Source: Chrysomallon squamiferum (taxonomy: Eukaryota > Animalia > Mollusca). From it: a DNA stretch of 64,000 nucleotides. Below are positions 52,837-64,000 of this stretch, one piece after another. The position numbers and the translations under genes were made by a program. Location of the stretch: assembly GCA_012295275.1 (NCBI GenBank), contig CM022673.1:23622001-23686000 (forward strand), given 5' to 3'. The stretch's first letter is position 1. Each line of letters starts with the position of its first letter. Under the pieces are notes generated by a model that saw only the letters and a program-made list of their open reading frames with translations, ran no database searches and was not told where the DNA came from.

Positions 52837-54873
52837 TCAAAGACGAAATTAGAAATATATTCAGTTTTAAAATGAATTTACAAAAAATGTTACTGTTAAC
52901 AGTGTTTATAGATTATTATTAAGGTGTAAGAAGGAGTGTAACAACCAGGAAGGTGTTTACTCAGAGCTATATTTGGCGTGTGTATTCATGCTCGGTTTAC
53001 AAAGAACGATTGGTTTCTCAGAAGACGTTTACTTCCTCGTTGGTGTTCACCAATCCCACAATGCTTTGAATGTTGTCACACGATATCATAGATTAGACAG
53101 GACATTGTAACAGTTCACACTGTAATTAAGTACGTAGTCACAAAATGAACAGTGAAAAGCTTTCTGTGTACGATACAGAATGATATCGCAAAAACTTGTA
53201 CATGACAGTGCTTATTTCGCAGTAAAGACTATGCCCACTGTCGACGTATACAAACTTAAAACATCCTAAAGTGTTTTTCCTATTATCTCTAGCGTGCTTA
53301 TGTCTGCATGTGTTTTTGTAGCTACTTTTGTTTGTGAGCCACTGTATGTATGTCAATGTTCATATGTTAATTATTTTATATATATATATATATATATAAA
53401 AGGTTACAAAAATGAACACAGGCACACTGACATATATTAGTATATGCATGTATGTATTAGGTTTCTGTATGTGTAGGTTTCTATATATGTATGCTTTTAT
53501 ATGTGTATTTTTCCTGGGTAGGTTTCTGTGTGTATATGTTTCTATATGTGCATCTTTCTGTATGGCACTGGCACATGAACTGATTTTATTACCAAAAAGA
53601 AAAAAATCATTTTCTAATTTTATCTCTAGTGACTCCAGCTGACTTAAAGTTTGATTCATTGGTCCTTTTTTCTATACATTCGGCTATATATTCATTTTCT
53701 TGCTAATATATATTTAGATATATAAAAGATTTTAACACTATATACAAACGCGTTCAGAGATGTATAAAAATACATTTCTAGAACACAACAATACATTTCA
53801 AAATCTATTTAAAACTATTTCAAACACTATTTAGAAGGTATCCTTTTAAAAAAAATTAAAACATTTCAGTACCTTTTACTGAATTACTTCATAAATCTTT
53901 TGGAAACATAACTTTATTCAGGCATATTATTCAGAAAATCGCGTAGAGATAAAAATGTTTTTTCTGTAAGCTATAACGAGACGTGCTGTTGTTGGAGTTA
54001 AAATATTGTTCCTTCATGATTTTACCAATGTCAATGTTGTTAATTATTTTATCTCTCTCTTTACATTTTCCCGGTGCAGTATGTGTATATGTGTTTGTGT
54101 GTGTATGTGTGTTTGTTCGTGTGCGTACATGCATTATTATTTTTTTTTTTTATCCATATTAGCATGTATGGTTGTGTGAATATATGTATGTATGTATGTT
54201 ATGTATGAATGTATGTATGTATGTATGTATGTAGGTATGTATGTATGTATGTAGGTAGGTAGGTAGGTAGCTATGTATGCCTGTATATATGCATGTACGT
54301 ACTTTCTTTAGTTGATATGTATGAAGGTGTATAAGTGAGTATGTATTAATGTATACATGACTGTTTGTACGTTCGTTTGACTGCGCCGTTGACTTACTTA
54401 TGATAAAGGGTTTAAAATGATTATTTGTTTTACACGAGTAATTTTCTAGTTTATTCATCGCGTCTGCTTTTGACATACCGCTTAATTTGGCAGCAGATGT
54501 CAGAGATGTAGAGACTGCTGACACCGCCGCCTTTGTCCTGCCGTTGTACACGCTGTAAGCGTTGTCGTGCACGCGTGTCGTCTGTCTCCTTGCTGTCATC
54601 TTCGTTTTCGTTTTGTTCTGCTCGCCTCTGAACTTGATACACGCAAAGTTAATCAGTGTGCTGTTGCTGATAGCCCAAACCTCGCACATGTCGCGGTAGG
54701 AGACGTCAGATGATGATGCTGATGGTAACGACCTCGCGTTAAATCAACTCTGGATTACAGCTTTAATCCCGCTAACGCTGGAGTACGGACTCAAATAGCA
54801 ACATCAACACCAACCTCTCTTATCTTCATGGTCCCTTTGCCACGAACATGTACTTTTCTCTTAAATTTAGTTG

Positions 54874-54916
<43 letters not shown>

Positions 54917-55843
54917 AGAGCTCTGCTACACTCTACACGTGTTCATTATCTGTTTTATCTTTTTCACATCGCTATGAAAACTTGTTTAGACAAGTATAAA
55001 CCCAGCTGGTCTAGATAAACAATTTTTTTTTTTTTTTTTTTTGGGGACAGACTCAGATACTTTAGCTGGAGAGGTGATAAAGCAATACGATCCGTGGAAG
55101 ATTTATTTTACAATAACCGTTTGTGATAATTTTATGTTAAATGTAATTATTCATGCATGCATATTATCTTACTTGTACACATATATATTCCTATAATATT
55201 AATTGTAAATATTTACAGAGGTAGATGATCTTAGATTTCTGAGTAAATGTATAATAATGTTTAAAACAAAATTTAAAAAAAACTACTCGGTATGTGACCT
55301 GATATCGCTGATAAATTCGAGTTTGTACAATCTGTTACATCTTGTCATCTCACCGCAACACAGCGGCACAGTCTGTGTTTACTATTTCCAACAGTTAACT
55401 GGGCGATTCCAGCTTTCATTTCGTTTGTCAGCCGTGAAGGGCAGATCCCGCGACCACTGACCTATTCTCATCAAATTATGTATCTTTGAATAAAAAATAA
55501 ATAAAAAATAAAATAAAAGAAAACCTTGTCAAGGCGTTTTACCAAAAAGACTAACAAAATACTTTAACTGTGTAAAGAGTGCAACCAAGTCGAAAGTGAA
55601 GGTGATTAAAACTTTGTACATAAAGGTTAATATGTTAATATACATTGCATCCATTACTGATCCCCAGAATAGACCCTGTTTACGGACACACACTAACACA
55701 CTTTAGACAATAGTCATAAAGTCATATAGAGATAAACCCAGACTGAGAAACATAAACACGCTGATACACACACCCACACACAACACACACACACACCCAC
55801 ACACACACACAAACACATACACACACACACATGCATACATATA

Positions 55844-55895
<52 letters not shown>

Positions 55896-56384
55896 CATAC
55901 ACACTCATACATATTTATGGATCAAACAACAACACTTGGGAAAACCACATATTTCCCCATTTCTTGTAACATGTACACAAAAGAATAAAACGAACAAAAC
56001 TACTGCGTGACATTTTTCACTCAGCAAGACGGTGAATCAGACGCCTGCTGCATTGTCTATAACAAACACACAACTGCATTAATGAGCAGATGATTACCAT
56101 GAGTAAACCGGTTTCTTTATTAATTTCGGCGGAAACCCGTAACGACGCTTCTGATTGGTTATTTGTGGCACTTCCTACTTCCTTGCTGGCCGAGTACGTG
56201 CGCTTCGTGTCAGGAGATATACAGATGTTCGTGACATGCACGTTTGTCGGAAGAGCGCACACGTTAATCATACATTTATCTACAGGCCGCGAGCGCGCTA
56301 TTAAGCAGCGTGCGGACTCCCAGTGAAACGTTTTTCAGATTTTATCTGTGCACATAAAACAGTCGACATTTCACTAGAATTTAA

Positions 56385-57125
56385 CTAAACGCCTTGATGT
56401 TTTACGTGACGTTTAATGACGTATGACTTGATGTTTAATAAGCCGTTTGACTTGACGTTAACAAGACGTTATTTTTTGACGTTTAACGAGAAATTTGACT
56501 TGACGTTTTACAAGAAATTATTCTTGACGTTTAAAAAGAAAATTACACTTGATGTTCACAAGACGTTACAATTGACGTTTAACAAGATATTTGACTTGAT
56601 GTTTAACAAGACGTTTGACTTGATGTTTAACACACGTTATACTTGATGTTTAACAATATGTTTGACTTGATATTTAACATGTTTGATAAGACGTTATACT
56701 TGATGTTTAACACAAGTTTGACTTGAATGTTTAATAAGACGTTATACTTGATGTTTAACACACGTTTGACTTGATGTTTAATAAGACGTTATACTTGATG
56801 TTTAACAACACGTTTGACTTGATCTTTAATAAGACGTTATACTTGATGTTTAACAACACGTTATACTTTATGTTTAACAACACCTTTGACTTGATGTTTA
56901 ACAACACGTCTGACTTGATGTTTAACAACACGTTTGATTTGATGTTTAACAACACGTTTGACTTGATGTTAACAACACCTTTGACTTGATGTTTAACAAC
57001 ACCTTTGACTTGATGTTAACAACACGTTTGACTTGATGTTTAACAACACCTTTGATTTGATGTTAACAACACGTTTGACTTGATGTTAACAACACGTTTG
57101 ATTTGATGTTTAACGAGACGTTTAA
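56385..57125. repeat. 24-bp minisatellite (GACTTGATGTTTAACAACACGTTT)
   Basis: About 30 copies, degenerate on the left and homogeneous on the right. Confidence 0.95.
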
Positions 57126-58979
57126 ATCATTTCTCCTATGTTATCAGATGTTGTTGTTAATGGACAGATACCTAGTTGTTTATAACATCATCATCGTCAA
57201 CAACAACCACGATGATGATGATAATAATGAATCAATCTCACTCAATCAACAAATGAAGCATCAGAGAAATATCGGTTGAAACCTGTTGATCAGTCTTTGT
57301 GCTTCTGTCTCTCTCAGTAAAACATAATAAACAATAAATTTAAAATATATATTAAAAAAAATAAGAAAATAAGAAAATAAACTAAAATGTAGTAAAATAA
57401 AATAAAATAATACAAAAGAACGTTTTCATTCACTTACCAATACGCTGATTAAACCAGATTTTCACTGAGAACAATGCAACACACGGTTATTTCTAAAGTA
57501 AATCATATTTTCCAGTTTTAACACAATAATAATAAACGAGAACAACAAAAAAAGGCCTGTAAATTATTTATTAGAGTTCTGACTGTAAAGCACCTTCGCA
57601 TGCATGATTATGTTTGTTTATCATATTTGTATTTCAACATTCAGAACTCTGAACCAGGACGTTTATCCTCAGTGGGGATATGATAATGATACAGATGATG
57701 AATATCATCATGGTTTATAATAAATAAGTACAATGAAGGTGATGTTGATGCTGTAATTTTATGGTAATTTTACCATGAAGAACTGGTTACTAGCAGTGAT
57801 GATGATGGTGACATTGCTGATATTTCATTGTAAACAGTTTTTAATTATTACTACTCGCATATTTTCTTCTATTTTTTTTTTTTTTTTTTTTTTTTTCTTT
57901 TTTTTTTTTTTCTTTTTTCTTTAAAAAAAAAAAAATTGTGTAAATAAAGAACATGAAGAGGCTGTGAGAAAGATGTGTACACAGGGTGGGTCAGGAAATC
58001 TAGTTTTATAACTTGACACCTGTAGTTTTAAAACGCGTTCGGAGTCTTACATTCACTTCCTAACTGCTACTGTTATATCTACAATTTATCTTTTATTAAA
58101 TATTTGCTGTGCTTTCAGCGTCTTGTTCTCAAGTCACGATTCAAAAATAAGGAAGACATAAACGTTAAAAAACAATTACTATAGTAATGTTGATTATCTT
58201 CATCTCTCTGTTTCTGTTTTTACTGTGACAGGACCACACTGAAGTATGGACAGATATTGATGGCGATACCTGACTAACAGGTATTGCAGTAAAAATAGGA
58301 GAAATATTTACTGCAGTGGTGATGGTAGATGTTAACAATAATATTTTTAAAAACCCTTCTAGTCATAATAATTTCATCTTAGAATATATCACAGTTAGCT
58401 GGCGGGTGGGGGATTAGTGGCTGTTTGTTTTCTATTCAGTTTTTAAACAAAATTACTTTATTTTCATCTCTTTCGTGTATATCATTCAACACAAACTACA
58501 GTGTCTTATACGCTCACCAGAATTAAAATTTACTTTTTAAAATAAATAAAATTTAAAAAAAGAAGAAATTTAAAACATTCAGCAGTGTCAATGTCATATT
58601 AACTTCAGATGTTTGTGCAGCAGAGCATGAAGTTAAAAGAATTAAATGAACCATGAAGGAATTTTAAACATCGACTTCTGGTGGTAGTTATTGAAATAAA
58701 AAATCACAACAATCATCACGATAAGTCGGTCACCACATTCCTGTAAATAATTGTTTCAACGACATTGACGACATCTCTGTAACATCACAGTTTTGCCACT
58801 TCAATGCATGCAACGTCTCAACAACTTATTTGTACTTATAAAGTAATTTTAAAATAATCACTTACGTTAAACACACCTGTTACATTAGTGATAAATACTT
58901 ATTATTCGTAACAGCTGTTCACGTTGAACAAACGTATTTATTTACAAACACATACATTACATACATTCGTACCTACGTC

Positions 58980-59035
<56 letters not shown>

Positions 59036-59045
59036 TAAATTTATA

Positions 59046-59260
59046 ACTGTTTTGACGGCCGAACGGTAACGTCGTTCGTCTTCGGAATGCGGGCGAATGG
59101 GTGCCATTCGTTCGAGTCTCGTCAACGGCATCTAACGGGGTTTGTGAGGTCGTGATTGGACTTTGTCCTTCTGTGACAGTGCGTTCCCGAATACTGTATG
59201 TGTGCAGAGCCTAATCAGACGTACATAACACAGAGAAGATTCAAATAATAAAATACATAT
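59046..59260 (+). mobile_element. tRNA-derived SINE (or tRNA pseudogene head with a tail)
   Basis: A-box-like GGCCGAACGGTAA, B-box GTTCGAGTC and a residual acceptor arm CAACGGCA, followed by ~130 nt of body and an A-rich end. Confidence 0.6.
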
Positions 59261-59877
59261 ATAACATACATGCCGTAATTATTATTATTTTCCTGATTTA
59301 TGTTGCTGCTGTTATCGTTATTAATAGCGGTACCGTAGTAATAGCAGTTGTCCATAATGCATTTATTATAAAACTAATGAAGGTTTGTAATCTATATGAG
59401 ACTATATTTTAAAAATCTGTTATGTAACAAGCTATAGAAGTAGACAACCGTGGTTAACCAGTTCAAGATTCAGAGCTAATATACGTCCGCTACTGGGAGT
59501 AGTAGTAGCAGTAGTAGTAGTAGTAGGCGCAGACGTAATAGTAGTAGTAATGATGGTAGATGCTCTATATGAACTGCAGCAGCAGTAACAGTAGCTGTCC
59601 TGCAGTTATGAAGCTGTTTTGTCAACAGGGTTTCACGATTAATGAGATCGCTGAATTAAACCAATTACTCTGTGACGATAGCGCCACGACACCCACTGAC
59701 AGTGTGACAGCTGTATTTGTTTTATCTGTACGACAGTTTTACACATCAGAAAAAAAACAACCAAGTAATTGTTTGAAACGTTTTAATTATACACAAAATA
59801 TTGCATCAAACACCTGTCATTAAAAAAAAAAAAAAAAAAAAATAAATAAATAAATAAAATTTATAAAAAATAATAAT

Positions 59878-59933
<56 letters not shown>

Positions 59934-61872
59934 ATAAAATAAAATAAAATAAATATACGATATTTGTCTAGTCATCTACATCTAAATGTACGTAGTGGAA
60001 AGATACAATGACCAAATAAATTTCTGTATAATCGTGCACAGAAAAAAAAAAAAAAAAATAAAAAAAATAAAAATAAATAAATTGCTTTCTGGCACAGAGC
60101 TATATTATCACACTTTATCCTGATCGGGTCGAATGTTAATGGTGACTCAGTTTGTATAAATGTTTGTCGTCATTGCTTTCGAAAGAAACCATTTATAAAT
60201 TGTTTGGTATGTTATATATACCTGCAAAAAATAAATAATAGAAACCAACAACAATAACAAAAAATAAAACAAAAAAAACCCAGTGTTTATAACATAATAA
60301 GGAGTATATTTTTAATTCATTAGATAATATTTCATAAATTACAAGCCAGTAATGCTTTATTTAACAGTTTGTCATGCATTAAATTTATAGTAAATGTTTA
60401 CATTAGTAATAACATACTTATGGTGTAATACATTAGCAGCATAACAGATAATTATGTTTTCAGTGCATTACAACAATGAAATAAATATCAGAATAAAGAA
60501 AGCTGTATGAAATCAGCGTATTACCATATTATTAATAATAAATACTGTAATAATAATAATAATTGCTGCACTTAACACATCAGTAAAACAAAATTAGGTT
60601 TGAACTGTATTTTCCTCTGAGTAAAATGCTAAATTTTATGTGGTAATTTATCAATGTGAAAATTGAATGTTAAATACGGTGTAGTCATTTATATACAATA
60701 ACAAAGTGAAGTTATACACATTGGTCTTTTTTTATTCATATTTATAATCTACTTTGTATTACCCAAATTATAAATTATAGACTGTACACTATCCTTGTTA
60801 TCATTAGTTTTAAAATCTGAATGAAGTTTACAGTCACAGACTTTACCCAGTTTGTATTATCCATGCTTTTAGACACACGTGACAATTTAACAAATTAATA
60901 AAACTGTAACAAACAGTAACAGATCACTGTAACATGATAAGACTCAAGACTTGTTCATTAGAGCTGGTAAACAATGAGATGATGTCATCTCTGTCAAATA
61001 ACAAACACACACCAACAAATTATTCATACAAAATTTGTGTTTGATTTGGTGCTTTCTTCGAAAAACATAAATGTTTGATATTTAAACTGAAATCATATTT
61101 GATTAAAACTATGATAAAACATTATTTTGAAAATACAAAAAATGCTTTTTGTACTTATGTATTTTATACATCTATGTATGTGTATGTATGAATGTGTGTG
61201 TATGTAAATGTATGTTTTTGATGAATATATCTGACCTATACTTGTGTGGGTATTCAGGAAGGTATCAGTACACAAGTCACTTTAAACAAATAAACAACAG
61301 TTGTTCTCATAAGACAATGCAGCACACAGTCAAAACACAAACAGTCATAATAAAACATTGTTCATCTGAAGAAATAATTCAGGTACAAAAAATAATATTA
61401 TCTGTTAATAAAATAAAAAGTAGAATGCCATTTAAGAGCATCATGTACTGTGAATTACTTTCTCATATTCAGCTATTTACAGATTATCATTATTCTTATT
61501 TTGATTCAAATAATAACAATCAATAATATACAACAAGTCTCCCTTCTCTTCAAGAAAGAATGAATAAAATATAAGTGTCAAACATTTTGCAGGATGCAGT
61601 TAATATTTAACAAACACATGGTCCTCAACACACACATCTTACATCAAAACAAATTATGAACACGTGTAGCTACATATATTCTCCTAAAACACCCACACAT
61701 CCATGCATGTGCATGCACACACTCACAATTTTAATGACATATATTCATACATCCACACACATATACACACATTTTCTTACCACAAATTTGCACATATAAA
61801 TTTTGATAAGACAAACAAACAAGCACACACATACATTTTCCCAATACACACTCACCTGTATTCATTTTCATA

Positions 61873-61930
<58 letters not shown>

Positions 61931-62592
61931 CTACATACAGAGACTGATAAACAATGTCAGAGGTTGTTTTACAGTCATTCTCTAATGGAAGGAAGCATGT
62001 CATGATAATTACAGATCATGTAAACTGCAGCACTTAGATTTATTAACAGCACCAAAGTCAGCCACAAGAAAAACAGACAACAATTAAGCATACAAACAAA
62101 GAACACACAAACAGCCATGTTACCCAGTTCAGTTATCATTAAACTGTACATTACTCCATTTGAAAAAAAACAAATATTTGAATAAATTTGTTCAGACTGC
62201 TCATTCAGGTATATTTTCATGTATGTATTTATTAACTTCAGTTATCATCTCTTTCAATCTCATTGTAGTATAGAAACTTGAAAGCTAGTGTGAACTAAAG
62301 TCACCTTTATAGAAAAGTGTGAATCAGATTTATATGTTAAATTACTGTTCATATTTCAATGTGAAATCACTGTTCTTTGATCTGATCATTCATCTTTTTG
62401 TTTATACAGCAACCACAGAGTCTTAGTAAACTGTATTTCATTACACAGTGTGAATATCCATTTTTTGATGAGTCAGCATTATTTTTATGCATTAGACTGC
62501 AAACACACCAGACACAGACACATGTGGACATACACACACACACACATACATACTCAGTTATCACATATGTTGCTATTTCTCGGTGCTGTTCT

Positions 62593-62640
62593 TTATGCAT
62601 TGTCAAAGTAGTGTAGAGTCTCTTCTAATTTTGTGGTTAT
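62593..62640 (-). CDS. SNX9/18/33: SNX9/18/33-family sorting nexin, terminal exon (end of BAR domain)
   Basis: Poly-T acceptor tttttag|, then ITTKLEETLHYFDNA*; phase 0; it completes the family C-terminal helix after QIQFYRE. Confidence 0.85.
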   Translation of the reverse strand: MTTKLEETLHYFDNA

Positions 62641-62719
62641 CTAAAAAAAAAAAAAAAAAAAAAAAAAACAATCAGCTAATTCAAAAACTCTTCATAAAAT
62701 AATGTGTGTCTCTGTTTAG

Positions 62720-63742
62720 AGATAGTTTTTAGATATAACAAATACCTCTCAATAAGACTGTATCTGAGTAGGAAGGTAGTTTTTAGATAAAACAAATTCC
62801 TCTCAATAAGACTGTATCTAAGTATGAAGGTAATTTTTAGATATAACAAATACCTCTCAATAAGACTGTATCTGAGTAGGAAGGTAGTTTTTAGATTAAC
62901 AAATACCTCTGAGTAAGACTGTATCTGTGTACAAAGGTAATTTTTAGATATAACAAATTCCTCTCAATAAGACTGTATCTGAGTAGGAAGGTAGTTTTTA
63001 GATATAACAAATACCTCTGAGTAAGACTGTATCTGTGTACAAAGGTAATTTTTAGATATAACAAGATCCTCTCAATAAGACTGTATCTGTGTAGGAAGGT
63101 AATTTTTAGATATAACAAATACCTCTCAATAAGACTGTATCTGTGTACAAAGGTAGTTTTTAGATATAAAAAATACCTCTCAATAAGACTGTATCTGAGT
63201 ATATAACAAATACCTCTCTATAAAACTGTAACTGAGTATATAACAAATACCTCTCTATAAAAATGTAACTGATAAAAAATGTATCTGTAACTGAATATAT
63301 AAAAAATACTCTCTATAAAAACTGTATCTGAGTATATAACAAATAATAAAACTGTAAAATATATAAAAAAATACTCTCTATAAAAATGTATCTGATAAAA
63401 CAAATACCTCTCTATAAAACTGTAACTGAGTATATAACAAATACCTCTCTATAAAACTGTATCTGAGTATATAACAAATACCTCTCTATAAAACTGTAAC
63501 TGAGTATATAACAAATACCTCTCTATAAAACTGTATCTGAGTATATAACAAATACCTCTCTATAAAACTGTAACTGAGTATATAACAAATACCTCTGTAT
63601 AAAAATGTATCTGAGTATATAACAAATACCTCTCTATAAAACTGTATCTGAGTATATAACAAATACCTCTCTATAAAAATGTATCTCTATAAAACTGTAT
63701 CTGAGTATATAACAAATACCTCTCTATAAAACTGTATCTGAG
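62720..63742 (-). repeat. Intronic tandem array made of copies of the SNX exon end plus 5' splice site (about nine 54-bp units, then about fourteen 37-bp units)
   Basis: The 37-bp unit on the minus strand, CTCAGATACAGTTTTATAGAGAG|GTATTTGTTATATA, equals the last 23 nt of the exon plus the first 14 nt of the intron. Confidence 0.95.
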
Positions 63743-63926
63743 CACGGAGGTAGTTCTGCATCATCAGTTTGTAGTCTTTGACTCGCTCATGCTGGAAATG
63801 GTTGATTTCTGCCAGTGTTCCATATGATATGACCTCCGCTTTTTGGGTGACACTCTGTACATCAGACTCTGACATTTTCTGTTCCTCCAGCAGTTTCTTA
63901 CACTCTTTTGCTTTACCTGTCGCTCC
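63720..63926 (-). CDS. SNX9/18/33: SNX9/18/33-family sorting nexin, penultimate exon (BAR domain)
   Basis: GATGKAKECKKLLEEQKMSESDVQSVTQKAEVISYGTLAEINHFQHERVKDYKLMMQNYLRAQIQFYRE contains the family AExNHF...QxQFY motif; aatttcag| acceptor and GAG|gtattt donor; 207 nt, phase 0-0. Confidence 0.92.
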
Positions 63927-64000
63927 CTGAAATTACATTTTTAAAAACAAGAGAAATCACCATGCTGATTATCATTTGTAATGTATAGTAAAAACATTTT

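Noticed and set aside
54159-54689. 176-aa minus-strand ORF
   Set aside because: No recognisable domain, and the C-terminus runs into a (TACA)n microsatellite; the region looks like a regulatory island.
59046-59130. Functional tRNA gene
   Set aside because: The acceptor stem is broken, there is no clean anticodon arm and no oligo-T terminator follows; a SINE head explains it better.
62891-63403. ORFs within the SNX intron array as extra coding exons
   Set aside because: They are not the BAR-domain continuation. In the exon frame most 54-bp units contain TGA, and read-through stops at 63687.

Overview
AT-rich animal genomic DNA (a mollusc/lophotrochozoan is likely; this is inferred from gene content) with spliceosomal introns. 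Four spliced genes can be assembled by hand with consistent GT-AG phases. (1) The 3' end of a MEGF10/Draper/SREC-type EGF-repeat receptor (+, 1-2048). (2) A complete ~540-aa type I membrane protein with an IgGFc-binding N-terminal domain and DNDCDG motifs (+, 14310-26167). (3) A complete ~379-aa SPDEF/Ets98B-type PNT+ETS transcription factor (-, 44717-40651) with a clear TATA/Inr promoter. (4) The last two exons of an SNX9/18/33-family sorting nexin (-, 63926-62593). The non-coding space alternates short CpG-containing islands with more than 20 unrelated minisatellite arrays (20-58 bp units), microsatellites, a few hAT-type MITEs and a tRNA-derived SINE. The most striking signal is that the last SNX intron is almost entirely tandem copies of its own exon 3' end plus 5' splice site, in two generations (54-bp and 37-bp units). 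Other introns show weaker 'echo' copies of their own splice sites, which suggests local amplification seeded at functional boundaries. A ~210-bp inverted duplication also brackets the SPDEF promoter and first three coding exons. Almost all ORFs in the supplied track are microsatellite or minisatellite artefacts. Repeat coordinates and copy numbers are by-eye estimates.
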